A DNA stretch of 64,000 nt from NCBI GenBank assembly GCA_964057225.1, contig OZ059897.1, forward strand, positions 23,047,031 through 23,111,030, read 5' to 3'. Under the pieces are notes generated by a model. It searched no databases, was not told the DNA's origin, and was given only the letters and a program-made list of their open reading frames with translations. The stretch's first letter is position 1; each line of letters starts with the position of its first letter. This document shows positions 25,501 to 40,400 of the stretch, one piece after another. Origin of the DNA: Auanema rhodensis. Its lineage: Eukaryota > Animalia > Nematoda. A program made the translations under genes and the position numbers.

Positions 25501-28500
25501 CATGGTTACCATGAACCAATATCAATAAAAATTTGTTTTTAGACTAATATGGACATGGGGAATCTAATTTTGAAAACCGCATCTCTTTATCTTTCACGTG
25601 AAGCGAGTTACATACCAAGTGCACATCACGTGTACATTTAATTAGCATAAATTAAAGTTCACGTAAATTTCAAAGTCATGGTTACCATGAACCAATATCA
25701 ATAAAAATTTGTTTTTAGACTAATATGGACATGGGGAATCTAATTTTGAAAACCGCATCTCTTTATCTTTCACGTGAAGCGAGTTACATACCAAGTGCAC
25801 ATCACGTGTACATTTAATTAGCATAAATTAAAGTTCACGTAAATTTCAAAGTCATGGTTACCATGAACCAATATCAATAAAAATTTGTTTTTAGACTAAT
25901 ATGGACATGGGGAATCTAATTTTGAAAACCGCATCTCTTTATCTTTCACGTGAAGCGAGTTACATACCAAGTGCACATCACGTGTACATTTAATTAGCAT
26001 AAATTAAAGTTCACGTAAATTTCAAAGTCATGGTTACCATGAAGCAATATCAATAAAAATTTGTTTTTAGACTAATATGGACATGGGGAATCTAATTTTG
26101 AAAACCGCATCTCTTTATCTTTCACGTGAAGCGAGTTACATACCAAGTGCACATCACGTGTACATTTAATTAGCATAAATTAAAGTTCACGTAAATTTCA
26201 AAGTCATGGTTACCATGAACCAATATCAATAAAAATTTGTTTTTAGACTAATATGGACATGGGGAATCTAATTTTGAAAACCGCATCTCTTTATCTTTCA
26301 CGTGAAGCGAGTTACATACCAAGTGCACATCACGTGTACATTTAATTAGCATAAATTAAAGTTCACGTAAATTTCAAAGTCATGGTTACCATGAACCAAT
26401 ATCAATAAAAATTTGTTTTTAGACTAATATGGACATGGGGAATCTAATTTTGAAAACCGCATCTCTTTATCTTTCACGTGAAGCGAGTTACATACCAAGT
26501 GCACATCACGTGTACATTTAATTAGCATAAATTAAAGTTCACGTAAATTTCAAAGTCATGGTTACCATGAACCAATATCAATAAAAATTTGTTTTTAGAC
26601 TAATATGGACATGGGGAATCTAATTTTGAAAACCGCATCTCTTTATCTTTCACGTGAAGCGAGTTACATACCAAGTGCACATCACGTGTACATTTAATTA
26701 GCATAAATTAAAGTTCACGTAAAATTCAAAGTCATGGTTACCATGCACCAATATCAATAAAAATTTGTTTTTAGACTAATATGGACATGGGGAATCTAAT
26801 TTTGAAAACCGCATCTCTTTATCTTTCACGTGAAGCGAGTTACATACCAAGTGCACATCACGTGTACATTTAATTAGCATAAATTAAAGTTCACGTAAAT
26901 TTCAAAGTCATGGTTACCATGAACCAATATCAATAAAAATTTGTTTTTAGACTAATATGGACATGGGGAATCTAATTTTGAAAACCGCATCTCTTTATCT
27001 TTCACGTGAAGCGAGTTACATACCAAGTGCACATCACGTGTACATTTAATTAGCATAAATTAAAGTTCACGTAAACTTCAAAGTCATGGTTACCATGAAG
27101 CAATATCAATAAAAATTTGTTTTTAGACTAATATGGACATGGGGAATCTAATTTTGAAAACCGCATCTCTCTATCTTTCACGTGAAGCGAGTTACATACC
27201 AAGTGCACATCACGTGTACATTTAATTAGCATAAATTAAAGTTCACGTAAATTTCAAAGTCATGGTTACCATGAACCAATATCAATAAAAATTTGTTTTT
27301 AGACTAATATAGACATGGGGAATCTAATTTTGAAAACCGCATCTCTTTATCTTTCACGTGAAGCGAGTTACATACCAAGTGCACATCACGTGTACATTTA
27401 ATTAGCATAAATTAAAGTTCACGTAAATTTCAAAGTCATGGTTACCATGAAGCAATATCAATAAAAATTTGTTTTTAGACTAATATGGACATGGGGAATC
27501 TAATTTTGAAAACCGCATCTCTTTATCTTTCACGTGAAGCGAGTTACATACCAAGTGCACATCACGTGTACATTTAATTAGCATAAATTAAAGTTCACGT
27601 AAATTTCAAAGTCATGGTTACCATGAACCAATATCAATAAAAATTTGTTTTTAGACTAATATGGACATGGGGAATCTAATTTTGAAAACCGCATCTCTTT
27701 ATCTTTCACGTGAAGCGAGTTACATACCAAGTGCACATCACGTGTACATTTAATTAGCATAAATTAAAGTTCACGTAAATTTCAAAGTCATGGTTACCAT
27801 GAACCAATATCAATAAAAATTTGTTTTTAGACTAATATGGACATGGGGAATCTAATTTTGAAAACCGCATCTCTTTATCTTTCACGTGAAGCGAGTTACA
27901 TACCAAGTGCACATCACGTGTACATTTAATTAGCATAAATTAAAGTTCACGTAAATTTCAAAGTCATGGTTACCATGCACCAATATCAATAAAAATTTGT
28001 TTTTAGACTAATATGGACATGGGGAATCTAATTTTAAAAACCGCATCTCTTTATCTTTCACGTGAAGCGAGTTACATACCAAGTGCACATCACGTGTACA
28101 TTTAATTAGCATAAATTAAAGTTCACGTAAATTTCAAAGTCATGGTTACCATGAACCAATATCAATAAAAATTTGTTTTTAGACTAATATGGACATGGGG
28201 AATCTAATTTTGAAAACCGCATCTCTTTATCTTTCACGTGAAGCGAGTTACATACCAAGTGCACATCACGTGTACATTTAATTAGCATAAATTAAAGTTC
28301 ACGTAAATTTCAAAGTCATGGTTACCATGAACCAATATCAATAAAAATTTGTTTTTAGACTAATATGGACATGGGGAATCTAATTTTGAAAACCGCATCT
28401 CTTTATCTTTCACGTGAAGCGAGTTACATACCAAGTGCACATCACGTGTACATTTAATTAGCATAAATTAAAGTTCACGTAAATTTCAAAGTCATGGTTA

Positions 28501-29423
28501 CCATGAACCAATATCAATAAAAATTTGTTTTTAGACTAATATGGACATGTGGAATCTAATTTTGAAAACCGCATCTCTTTATCTTTCACGTGAAGCGAGT
28601 TACATACCAAGTGCACATCACGTGTACATTTAATTAGCATAAATTAAAGTTCACGTAAATTTCAAAGTCATGGTTACCATGCACCAATATCAATAAAAAT
28701 TTGTTTTTAGACTAATATGGACATGGGGAATCTAATTTTGAAAACCGCATCTCTTTATCTTTCACGTGAAGCGAGTTACATACCAAGTGCACATCACGTG
28801 TACATTTAATTAGCATAAATTAAAGTTCACGTAAATTTCAAAGTCATGGTTACCATGAACCAATATCAATAAAAATTTGTTTTTAGACTAATATGGACAT
28901 GGGGAATCTAATTTTGAAAACCGCATCTCTTTATCTTTCACGTGAAGCGAGTTACATACCAAGTGCACATCACGTGTACATTTAATTAGCATAAATTAAA
29001 GTTCACGTAAATTTCAAAGTCATGGTTACCATGAACCAATATCAATAAAAATTTGTTTTTAGACTAATATGGACATGTGGAATCTAATTTTGAAAACCGC
29101 ATCTCTTTATCTTTCACGTGAAGCGAGTTACATACCAAGTGCACATCACGTGTACATTTAATTAGCATAAATTAAAGTTCACGTAAATTTCAAAGTCATG
29201 GTTACCATGCACCAATATCAATAAAAATTTGTTTTTAGACTAATATGGACATGGGGAATCTAATTTTGAAAACCGCATCTCTTTATCTTTCACGTGAAGC
29301 GAGTTACATACCAAGTGCACATCACGTGTACATTTAATTAGCATAAATTAAAGTTCACGTAAATTTCAAAGTCATGGTTACCATGAACCTATATCAATAA
29401 AAATTTGTTTTTAGACTAATATG
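22596..29423 (-). repeat. ~2.25-kb block (22596-24847) duplicated at a 26-monomer offset (27172-29423)
   Basis: SNPs recur at +4576: 22735/27311, 23460/28036, 23974/28550, 24502/29078, 24814/29390. Confidence 0.88.
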
Positions 29424-32400
29424 GACATGGGGAATCTAATTTTGAAAACCGCATCTCTTTATCTTTCACGTGAAGCGAGTTACATACCAAGTGCACATCA
29501 CGTGTACATTTAATTAGCATAAATTAAAGTTCACGTAAATTTCAAAGTCATGGTTACCATGAACCAATATCAATAAAAATTTGTTTTTAGACTAATATGG
29601 ACATGGGGAATCTAATTTTGAAAACCGCATCTCTTTATCTTTCACGTGAAGCGAGTTACATACCAAGTGCACATCACGTGTACATTTAATTAGCATAAAT
29701 TAAAGTTCACGTAAATTTCAAAGTCATGGTTACCATGAACCAATATCAATAAAAATTTGTTTTTAGACTAATATGGACATGGGGAATTAATTTTGAAAAC
29801 CGCATCTCTTTATCTTTCACGTGAAGCGAGTTACATACCAAGTGCACATCACGTGTACATTTAATTAGCATAAATTAAAGTTCACGTAAATTTCAAAGTC
29901 ATGGTTACCATGAACCAATATCAATAAAAATTTGTTTTTAGACTAATATGGACATGGGGAATCTAATTTTGAAAACCGCATCTCTTTATCTTTCACGTGA
30001 AGCGAGTTACATACCAAGTGCACATCACGTGTACATTTAATTAGCATAAATTAAAGTTCACGTAAATTTCAAAGTCATGGTTACCATGAAGCAATATCAA
30101 TAAAAATTTGTTTTTAGACTAATATGGACATGGGGAATCTAATTTTGAAAACCGCATCTCTTTATCTTTCACGTGAAGCGAGTTACATACCAAGTGCACA
30201 TCACGTGTACATTTAATTAGCATAAATTAAAGTTCACGTAAATTTCAAAGTCATGGTTACCATGAAGCAATATCAATAAAAATTTGTTTTTAGACTAATA
30301 TGGACATGGGGAATCTAATTTTGAAAACCGCATCTCTTTATCTTTCACGTGAAGCGAGTTACATACCAAGTGCACATCACGTGTACATTTAATTAGCATA
30401 AATTAAAGTTCACGTAAATTTCAAAGTCATGGTTACCATGAACCAATATCAATAAAAATTTGTTTTTAGACTAATATGGACATGGGGAATCTGATTTTGA
30501 AAACCGCATCTCTTTATCTTTCACGTGAAGCGAGTTACATACCAAGTGCACATCACGTGTACATTTAATTAGCATAAATTAAAGTTCACGTAAATTTCAA
30601 AGTCATGGTTACCATGAACCAATATCAATAAAAATTTGTTTTTAGACTAATATGGACATGGGGAATCTAATTTTGAAAACCGCATCTCTTTATCTTTCAC
30701 GTGAAGCGAGTTACATACCAAGTGCACATCACGTGTACATTTAATTAGCATAAATTAAAGTTCACGTAAATTTCAAAGTCATGGTTACCATGAACCTATA
30801 TCAATAAAAATTTGTTTTTAGACTAATATGGACATGGGGAATCTAATTTTGAAAACCGCATCTCTTTATCTTTCACGTGAAGCGAGTTACATACCAAGTG
30901 CACATCACGTGTACATTTAATTAGCATAAATTAAAGTTCACGTAAATTTCAAAGTCATGGTTACCATGCACCAATATCAATAAAAATTTGTTTTTAGACT
31001 AATATGGACATGGGGAATCTAATTTTGAAAACCGCATCTCTTTATCTTTCACGTGAAGCGAGTTACATACCAAGTGCACATCACGTGTACATTTAATTAG
31101 CATAAATTAAAGTTCACGTAAATTTCAAAGTCATGGTTACCATGAACTTATATCAATAAAAATTTGTTTTTAGACTAATATGGACATGGGGAATCTAATT
31201 TTGAGAACCGCATCTCTTTATCTTTCACGTGAAGCGAGTTACATACCAAGTGCACATCACGTGTACATTTAATTAGCATAAATTAAAGTTCACGTAAATT
31301 TCAAAGTCATGGTTACCATGCACCAATATCAATAAAAATTTGTTTTTAGACTAATATGGACATGGGGAATCTAATTTTGAAAACCGCATCTCTTTATCTT
31401 TCACGTGAAGCGAGTTACATACCAAGTGCACATCACGTGTACATTTAATTAGCATAAATTAAAGTTCACGTAAATTTCAAAGTCATGGTTACCATGAACC
31501 AATATCAATAAAAATTTGTTTTTAGACTAATATGGACATGGGGAATCTAATTTTGAAAACCGCATCTCTTTATCTTTCACGTGAAGCGAGTTACATACCA
31601 AGTGCACATCACGTGTACATTTAATTAGCATAAATTAAAGTTCACGTAAATTTCAAAGTCATGGTTACCATGAACCAATATCAATAAAAATTTGTTTTTA
31701 GACTAATATGGACATGGGGAATCTAATTTTGAAAACCGCATCTCTTTATCTTTCACGTGAAGCGAGTTACATACCAAGTGCACATCACGTGTACATTTAA
31801 TTAGCATAAATTAAAGTTCACGTAAATTTCAAAGTCATGGTTACCATTAACCTATATCAATAAAAATTTGTTTTTAGACTAATATGGACATGGGGAATCT
31901 AATTTTGAAAACCGCATCTCTTTATCTTTCACGTGAAGCGAGTTACATACCAAGTGCACATCACGTGTACATTTAATTAGCATAAATTAAAGTTCACGTA
32001 AATTTCAAAGTCATGGTTACCATGCACCAATATCAATAAAAATTTGTTTTTAGACTAATATGGACATGGGGAATCTAATTTTGAAAACCGCATCTCTTTA
32101 TCTTTCACGTGAAGCGAGTTACATACCAAGTGCACATTACGTGTACATTTAATTAGCATAAATTAAAGTTCACGTAAATTTCAAAGTCATGGTTACCATG
32201 AACCTATATCAATAAAAATTTGTTTTTAGACTAATATGGACATGGGGAATCTAATTTTGAAAACCGCATCTCTTTATCTTTCACGTGAAGCGAGTTACAT
32301 ACCAAGTGCACATCACGTGTACATTTAATTAGCATAAATTAAAGTTCACGTAAATTTCAAAGTCATGGTTACCATGAAGCAATATCAATAAAAATTTGTT

Positions 32401-32590
32401 TTTAGACTAATATGGACATGGGGAATCTAATTTTGAAAACCGCATCTCTTTATCTTTCACGTGAAGCGAGTTACATACCAAGTGCACATCACGTGTACAT
32501 TTAATTAGCATAAATTAAAGTTCACGTAAATTTCAAAGTCATGGTTACCATGAACCAATATCAATAAAAATTTGTTTTTAGACTAATATA

Positions 32591-34466
32591 GACATGGGGA
32601 ATCTAATTTTGAAAACCGCATCTCTTTATCTTTCACGTGAAGCGAGTTACATACCAAGTGCACATCACGTGTACATTTAATTAGCATAAATTAAAGTTCA
32701 CGTAAAATTCAAAGTCATGGTTACCATGCACCAATATCAATAAAAATTTGTTTTTAGACTAATATGGACATGGAGAATCTAATTTTGAAAACCGCATCTC
32801 TTTATCTTTCACGTGAAGCGAGTTACATACCAAGTGCACATCACGTACACATTTAATTAGCATAAATTAAAGTTCACGTAAATTTCAAAGTCATGGTTAC
32901 CATGAACCAATATCAATAAAAATTTGTTTTTAGACTAATATGGACATGGGGAATCTAATTTTGGAAACCGCATCTCTTTATCTTTCACGTGAAGCGAGTT
33001 ACATACCAAGTGCACATCACGTGTACATTTAATTAGCATAAATTAAAGTTCACGTAAATTTCAAAGTCATGGTTACCATGAACCAATATCAATAAAAATT
33101 TGTTTTTAGACTAATATGGACATGGGGAATCTAATTTTGAAAACCGCATCTCTTTATCTTTCACGTGAAGCGAGTTACATACCAAGTGCACATCACGTGT
33201 ACATTTAATTAGCATAAATTAAAGTTCACGTAAATTTCAAAGTCATGGTTACCATGCACCAATATCAATAAAAATTTGTTTTTTGACTAATATGGACATG
33301 GGGAATCTAATTTTGAAAACCGCATCTCTTTATCTTTCACGTGAAGCGAGTTACATACCAAGTGCACATCACGTGTACATTTAATTAGCATAAATTAAAG
33401 TTCACGTAAAATTCAAAGTCATGGTTACCATGCACCAATATCAATAAAAATTTGTTTTTAGACTAATATGGACATGGAGAATCTAATTTTGAAAACCGCA
33501 TCTCTTTATCTTTCACGTGAAGCGAGTTACATACCAAGTGCACATCACGTGTACATTTAATTAGCATAAATTAAAGTTCACGTAAAATTCAAAGTCATGG
33601 TTACCATGCACCAATATCAATAAAAATTTGTTTTTAGACTAATATGGACATGGAGAATCTAATTTTGAAAACCGCATCTCTTTATCTTTCACGTGAAGCG
33701 AGTTACATACCAAGTGCACATCACGTACACATTTAATTAGCATAAATTAAAGTTCACGTAAATTTCAAAGTCATGGTTACCATGAACCAATATCAATAAA
33801 AATTTGTTTTTAGACTAATATGGACATGGGGAATCTAATTTTGGAAACCGCATCTCTTTATCTTTCACGTGAAGCGAGTTACATACCAAGTGCACATCAC
33901 GTGTACATTTAATTAGCATAAATTAAAGTTCACGTAAATTTCAAAGTCATGGTTACCATGAACCAATATCAATAAAAATTTGTTTTTAGACTAATATGGA
34001 CATGGGGAATCTAATTTTGAAAACCGCATCTCTTTATCTTTCACGTGAAGCGAGTTACATACCAAGTGCACATCACGTGTACATTTAATTAGCATAAATT
34101 AAAGTTCACGTAAATTTCAAAGTCATGGTTACCATGCACCAATATCAATAAAAATTTGTTTTTTGACTAATATGGACATGGGGAATCTAATTTTGAAAAC
34201 CGCATCTCTTTATCTTTCACGTGAAGCGAGTTACATACCAAGTGCACATCACGTGTACATTTAATTAGCATAAATTAAAGTTCACGTAAAATTCAAAGTC
34301 ATGGTTACCATGCACCAATATCAATAAAAATTTGTTTTTAGACTAATATGGACATGGAGAATCTAATTTTGAAAACCGCATCTCTTTATCTTTCACGTGA
34401 AGCGAGTTACATACCAAGTGCACATCACGTGTACATTTAATTAGCATAAATTAAAGTTCACGTAAA
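32591..34466 (-). repeat. 5-monomer (880-bp) tandem higher-order duplication
   Basis: CACGTACAC (32847/33727), TTGGAAA (32964/33844), TTTTTGAC (~33284/34164) and GGAGA (32774/33654) recur at +880. Confidence 0.9.
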
Positions 34467-37400
34467 TTTCAAAGTCATGGTTACCATGAACCAATATCAA
34501 TAAAAATTTGTTTTTAGACTAATATGGACATGGGGAATCTAATTTTGAAAACCGCATCTCTTTATCTTTCACGTGAAGCGAGTTACATACCAAGTGCTTA
34601 TCACGTGTACATTTAATTAGCATAAATTAAAGTTCACGTAAATTTCAAAGTCATGGTTACCATGAACCAATATCAATAAAAATTTGTTTTTAGACTAATA
34701 TGGACATGGGGAATCTAATTTTGAAAACCGCATCTCTTTATCTTTCACGTGAAGCGAGTTACATACCAAGTGCACATCACGTGTACATTTAATTAGCATA
34801 AATTAAAGTTCACGTAAATTTCAAAGTCATGGTTACCATGAAGCAATATCAATAAAAATTTGTTTTTAGACTAATATGGACATGGGGAATCTAATTTTGA
34901 AAACCGCATCTCTTTATCTTTCACGTGAAGCGAGTTACATACCAAGTGCACATCACGTGTACATTTAATTAGCATAAATTAAAGTTCACGTAAATTTCAA
35001 AGTCATGGTTACCATGAACCTATATCAATAAAAATTTGTTTTTAGACTAATATGGACATGGGGAATCTAATTTTGAAAACCGCATCTCTTTATCTTTCAC
35101 GTGAAGCGAGTTACATACCAAGTGCACATCACGTGTACATTTAATTAGCATAAATTAAAGTTCACGTAAATTTCAAAGTCATGGTTACCATGAAGCAATA
35201 TCAATAAAAATTTGTTTTTAGACTAATATGGACATGGGGAATCTAATTTTGAAAACCGCATCTCTTTATCTTTCATGTGAAGCGAGTTACATACCAAGTG
35301 CACATCACGTGTACATTTAATTAGCATAAATTAAAGTTCACGTAAATTTCAAAGTCATGGTTACCATGAACCTATATCAATAAAAATTTGTTTTTAGACT
35401 AATATGGACATGGGGAATCTAATTTTGAAAACCGCATCTCTTTATCTTTCACGTGAAGCGAGTTACATACCAAGTGCACATCACGTGTACATTTAATTAG
35501 CATAAATTAAAGTTCACGTAAATTTCAAAGTCATGGTTACCATGAAGCAATATCAATAAAAATTTGTTTTTAGACTAATATGGACATGGGGAATCTAATT
35601 TTGAAAACCGCATCTCTTTATCTTTCACGTGAAGCGAGTTACATACCAAGTGCACATCACGTGTACATTTAATTAGCATAAATTAAAGTTCACGTAAATT
35701 TCAAAGTCATGGTTACCATGAACCAATATCAATAAAAATTTGTTTTTAGACTAATATGGACATGGGGAATCTAATTTTGAAAACCGCATCTCTTTATCTT
35801 TCACGTGAAGCGAGTTACATACCAAGTGCACATCACGTGTACATTTAATTAGCATAAATTAAAGTTCACGTAAATTTCAAAGTCATGGTTACCATGAACC
35901 AATATCAATAAAAATTTGTTTTTAGACTAATATGGACATGGGGAATCTAATTTCAAAAACCGCATCTCTTCATCTTTCACGTGAAGCGAGTTACATACCA
36001 AGTGCACATCACGTGTACATTTAATTAGCATAAATTAAAGTTCACGTAAATTTCAAAGTCATGGTTACCATGCACCAATATCAATAAAAATTCGTTTTTA
36101 GACTAATATGGACATGGAGAATCTAATTTTGAAAACCGCATCTCTTTATCTTTCACGTGAAGCGAGTTACATACCAAGTGCACATCACGTGTACATTTAA
36201 TTAGCATAAATTAAAGTTCACGTAAATTTCAAAGTCATGGTTACCATGAAGCAATATCAATAAAAATTTGTTTTTAGACTAATATGGACATGTGGAATCT
36301 AATTTTGGAAACCGCATCTCTTTATCTTTCACGTGAAGCGAGTTACATACCAAGTGCACATCACGTGTACATTTAATTAGCATAAATTAAAGTTCACGTA
36401 AATTTCAAAGTCATGGTTACCATGAACCAATATCAATAAAAATTTGTTTTTAGACTAATATGGACATGGGGAATCTAATTTTGAAAACCGCATCTCTTTA
36501 TCTTTCACGTGAAGCGAGTTACTTACCAAGTGCACATCACGTGTACATTTAATTAGCATAAATTAAAGTTCACGTAAATTTCAAAGTCATGGTTACCATG
36601 AAGCAATATCAATAAAAATTTGTTTTTAGACTAATATGGACATGGGGAATCTAATTTTGAAAACCGCATCTCTTTATCTTTCACGTGAAGCGAGTTACAT
36701 ACCAAGTGCACATCACGTGTACATTTAATTAGCATAAATTAAAGTTCACGTAAATTTCAAAGTCATGGTTACCATGAACCAATATCAATAAAAATTTGTT
36801 TTTAGACTAATATGGACATGGGGAATCTAATTTTGAAAACCGCATCTCTTTATCTTTCACGTGAAGCGAGTTACATACCAAGTGCACATCACGTGTACAT
36901 TTAATTAGCATAAATTAAAGTTCACGTAAATTTCAAAGTCATGGTTACCATGAACCAATATCAATAAAAATTTGTTTTTAGACTAATATAGACATGGGGA
37001 ATCTAATTTTGAAAACCGCATCTCTTTATCTTTCACGTGAAGCGAGTTACATACCAAGTGCACATCACGTGTACATTTAATTAGCATAAATTAAAGTTCA
37101 CGTAAATTTCAAAGTCATGGTTACCATGAACCAATATCAAAAAAATTTGTTTTTAGACTAATATGGACATGGGGAATCTAATTTTGAAAACCGCATCTCT
37201 TTATCTTTCACGTGAAGCGAGTTACATACCAAGTGCACATCACGTGTACATTTAATTAGCATAAATTAAAGTTCACGTAAATTTCAAAGTCATGGTTACC
37301 ATGAACCAATATCAATAAAAATTTGTTTTTAGACTAATATGGACATGGGGAATCTAATTTCAAAAACCGCATCTCTTTATCTTTCACGTGAAGCGAGTTA

Positions 37401-40400
37401 CATACCAAGTGCACATCACGTGTACATTTAATTAGCATAAATTAAAGTTCACGTAAATTTCAAAGTCATGGTTACCATGCACCAATATCAATAAAAATTT
37501 GTTTTTAGACTAATATGGACATGGAGAATCTAATTTTGAAAACCGCATCTCTTTATCTTTCACGTGAAGCGAGTTACATACCAAGTGCACATCACGTGTA
37601 CATTTAATTAGCATAAATTAAAGTTCACGTAAATTTCAAAGTCATGGTTACCATGAAGCAATATCAATAAAAATTTGTTTTTAGACTAATATGGACATGT
37701 GGAATCTAATTTTGAAAACCGCATCTCTTTATCTTTCACGTGAAGCGAGTTACATACCAAGTGCACATCACGTGTACATTTAATTAGCATAAATTAAAGT
37801 TCACGTAAATTTCAAAGTCATGGTTACCATGAACCAATATCAATAAAAATTTGTTTTTAGACTAATATGGACATGGGGAATCTAATTTTGAAAACCGCAT
37901 CTCTTTATCTTTCACGTGAAGCGAGTTACATACCAAGTGCACATCACGTGTACATTTAATTAGCATAAATTAAAGTTCACGTAAATTTCAAAGTCATGGT
38001 TACCATGAAGCAATATCAATAAAAATTTGTTTTTAGACTAATATGGACATGTGGAATCTAATTTTGAAAACCGCATCTCTTTATCTTTCACGTGAAGCGA
38101 GTTACATACCAAGTGCACATCACGTGTACATTTAATTAGCATAAATTAAAGTTCACGTAAATTTCAAAGTCATGGTTACCATGAACCAATATCGATAAAA
38201 ATTTGTTTTTAGACTAATATGGACATGGGGAATCTAATTTTGAAAACCGCATCTCTTTATCTTTCACGTGAAGCGAGTTACATACCAAGTGCACATCACG
38301 TGTACATTTAATTAGCATAAATTAAAGTTCACGTAAATTTCAAAGTCATGGTTACCATGAAGCAATATCAATAAAAATTTGTTTTTAGACTAATATGGAC
38401 ATGGGGAATCTAATTTTGAAAACCGCATCTCTTTATCTTTCACGTGAAGCGAGTTACATACCAAGTGCACATCACGTGTACATTTAATTAGCATAAATTA
38501 AAGTTCACGTAAATTTCAAAGTCATGGTTACCATGAACCAATATCAATAAAAATTGGTTTTTAGACTAATATGGACATGGGGAATCTAATTTTGAAAACC
38601 GCATCTCTTTATCTTTCACGTGAAGCGAGTTACATACCAAGTGCACATCACGTGTACATTTAATTAGCATAAATTAAAGTTCACGTAAATTTCAAAGTCA
38701 TGGTTACCATGAACCAATATCAATAAAAATTTGTTTTTAGACTAATATAGACATGGGGAATCTAATTTTGAAAACCGCATCTCTTTATCTTTCACGTGAA
38801 GCGAGTTACATACCAAGTGCACATCACGTGTACATTTAATTAGCATAAATTAAAGTTCACGTAAATTTCAAAGTCATGGTTACCATGAACCAATATCAAT
38901 AAAAATTTGTTTTTAGACTAATATGGACATGGGGAATCTAATTTTGAAAACCGCATTTCTTTATCTTTCACGTGAAGCGAGTTACATACCAAGTGCACAT
39001 CACGTGTACATTTAATTAGCATAAATTAAAGTTCACGTAAAATTCAAAGTCATGGTTACCATGAACCAATATCAATAAAAATTTGTTTTTAGACTAATAT
39101 GGACATGGAGAATCTAATTTTGAAAACCGCATCTCTTTATCTTTCACGTGAAGCGAGTTACATACCAAGTGCACATCACGTGTACATTTAATTAGCATAA
39201 ATTAAAGTTCACGTAAATTTCAAAGTCATGGTTACCATGAACCAATATCAATAAAAATTTGTTTTTAGACTAATATGGACATGGGGAATCTAATTTTGAA
39301 AACCGCATCTCTTTATCTTTCACGTGAAGCGAGTTACATACCAAGTGCACATCACGTGTACATTTAATTAGCATAAATTAAAGTTCACGTAAATTTCAAA
39401 GTCATGGTTACCATGAACCAATATCAATAAAAATTTGTTTTTAGACTAATATAGACATGGGGAATCTAATTTTGAAAACCGCATCTCTTTATCTTTCACG
39501 TGAAGCGAGTTACATACCAAGTGCACATCACGTGTACATTTAATTAGCATAAATTAAAGTTCACGTAAATTTCAAAGTCATGGTTACCATGAACCAATAT
39601 CAATAAAAATTTGTTTTTAGACTAATATGGACATGGGGAATCTAATTTTGAAAACCGCATCTCTTTATCTTTCACGTGAAGCGAGTTACATACCAAGTGC
39701 TTATCACGTGTACATTTAATTAGCATAAATTAAAGTTCACGTAAATTTCAAAGTCATGGTTACCATGAAGCAATATCAATAAAAATTTGTTTTTAGACTA
39801 ATATGGACATGGGGAATCTAATTTTGAAAACCGCATCTCTTTATCTTTCACGTGAAGCGAGTTACATACCAAGTGCACATCACGTGTACATTTAATTAGC
39901 ATAAATTAAAGTTCACGTAAATTTCAAAGTCATGGTTACCATGAACCAATATCAATAAAAATTTGTTTTTAGACTAATATGGACATGGGGAATCTAATTT
40001 TGAAAACCGCATCTCTTTATCTTTCACGTGAAGCGAGTTACATACCAAGTGCACATCACGTGTACATTTAATTAGCATAAATTAAAGTTCACGTAAATTT
40101 CAAAGTCATGGTTACCATGAACCAATATCAATAAAAATTTGTTTTTAGACTAATATAGACATGGGGAATCTAATTTTGAAAACCGCATCTCTTTATCTTT
40201 CACGTGAAGCGAGTTACATACCAAGTGCACATCACGTGTACATTTAATTAGCATAAATTAAAGTTCACGTAAATTTCAAAGTCATGGTTACCATGAACCA
40301 ATATCAATAAAAATTTGTTTTTAGACTAATATGGACATGGGGAATCTAATTTTGAAAACCGCATTTCTTTATCTTTCACGTGAAGCGAGTTACATACCAA

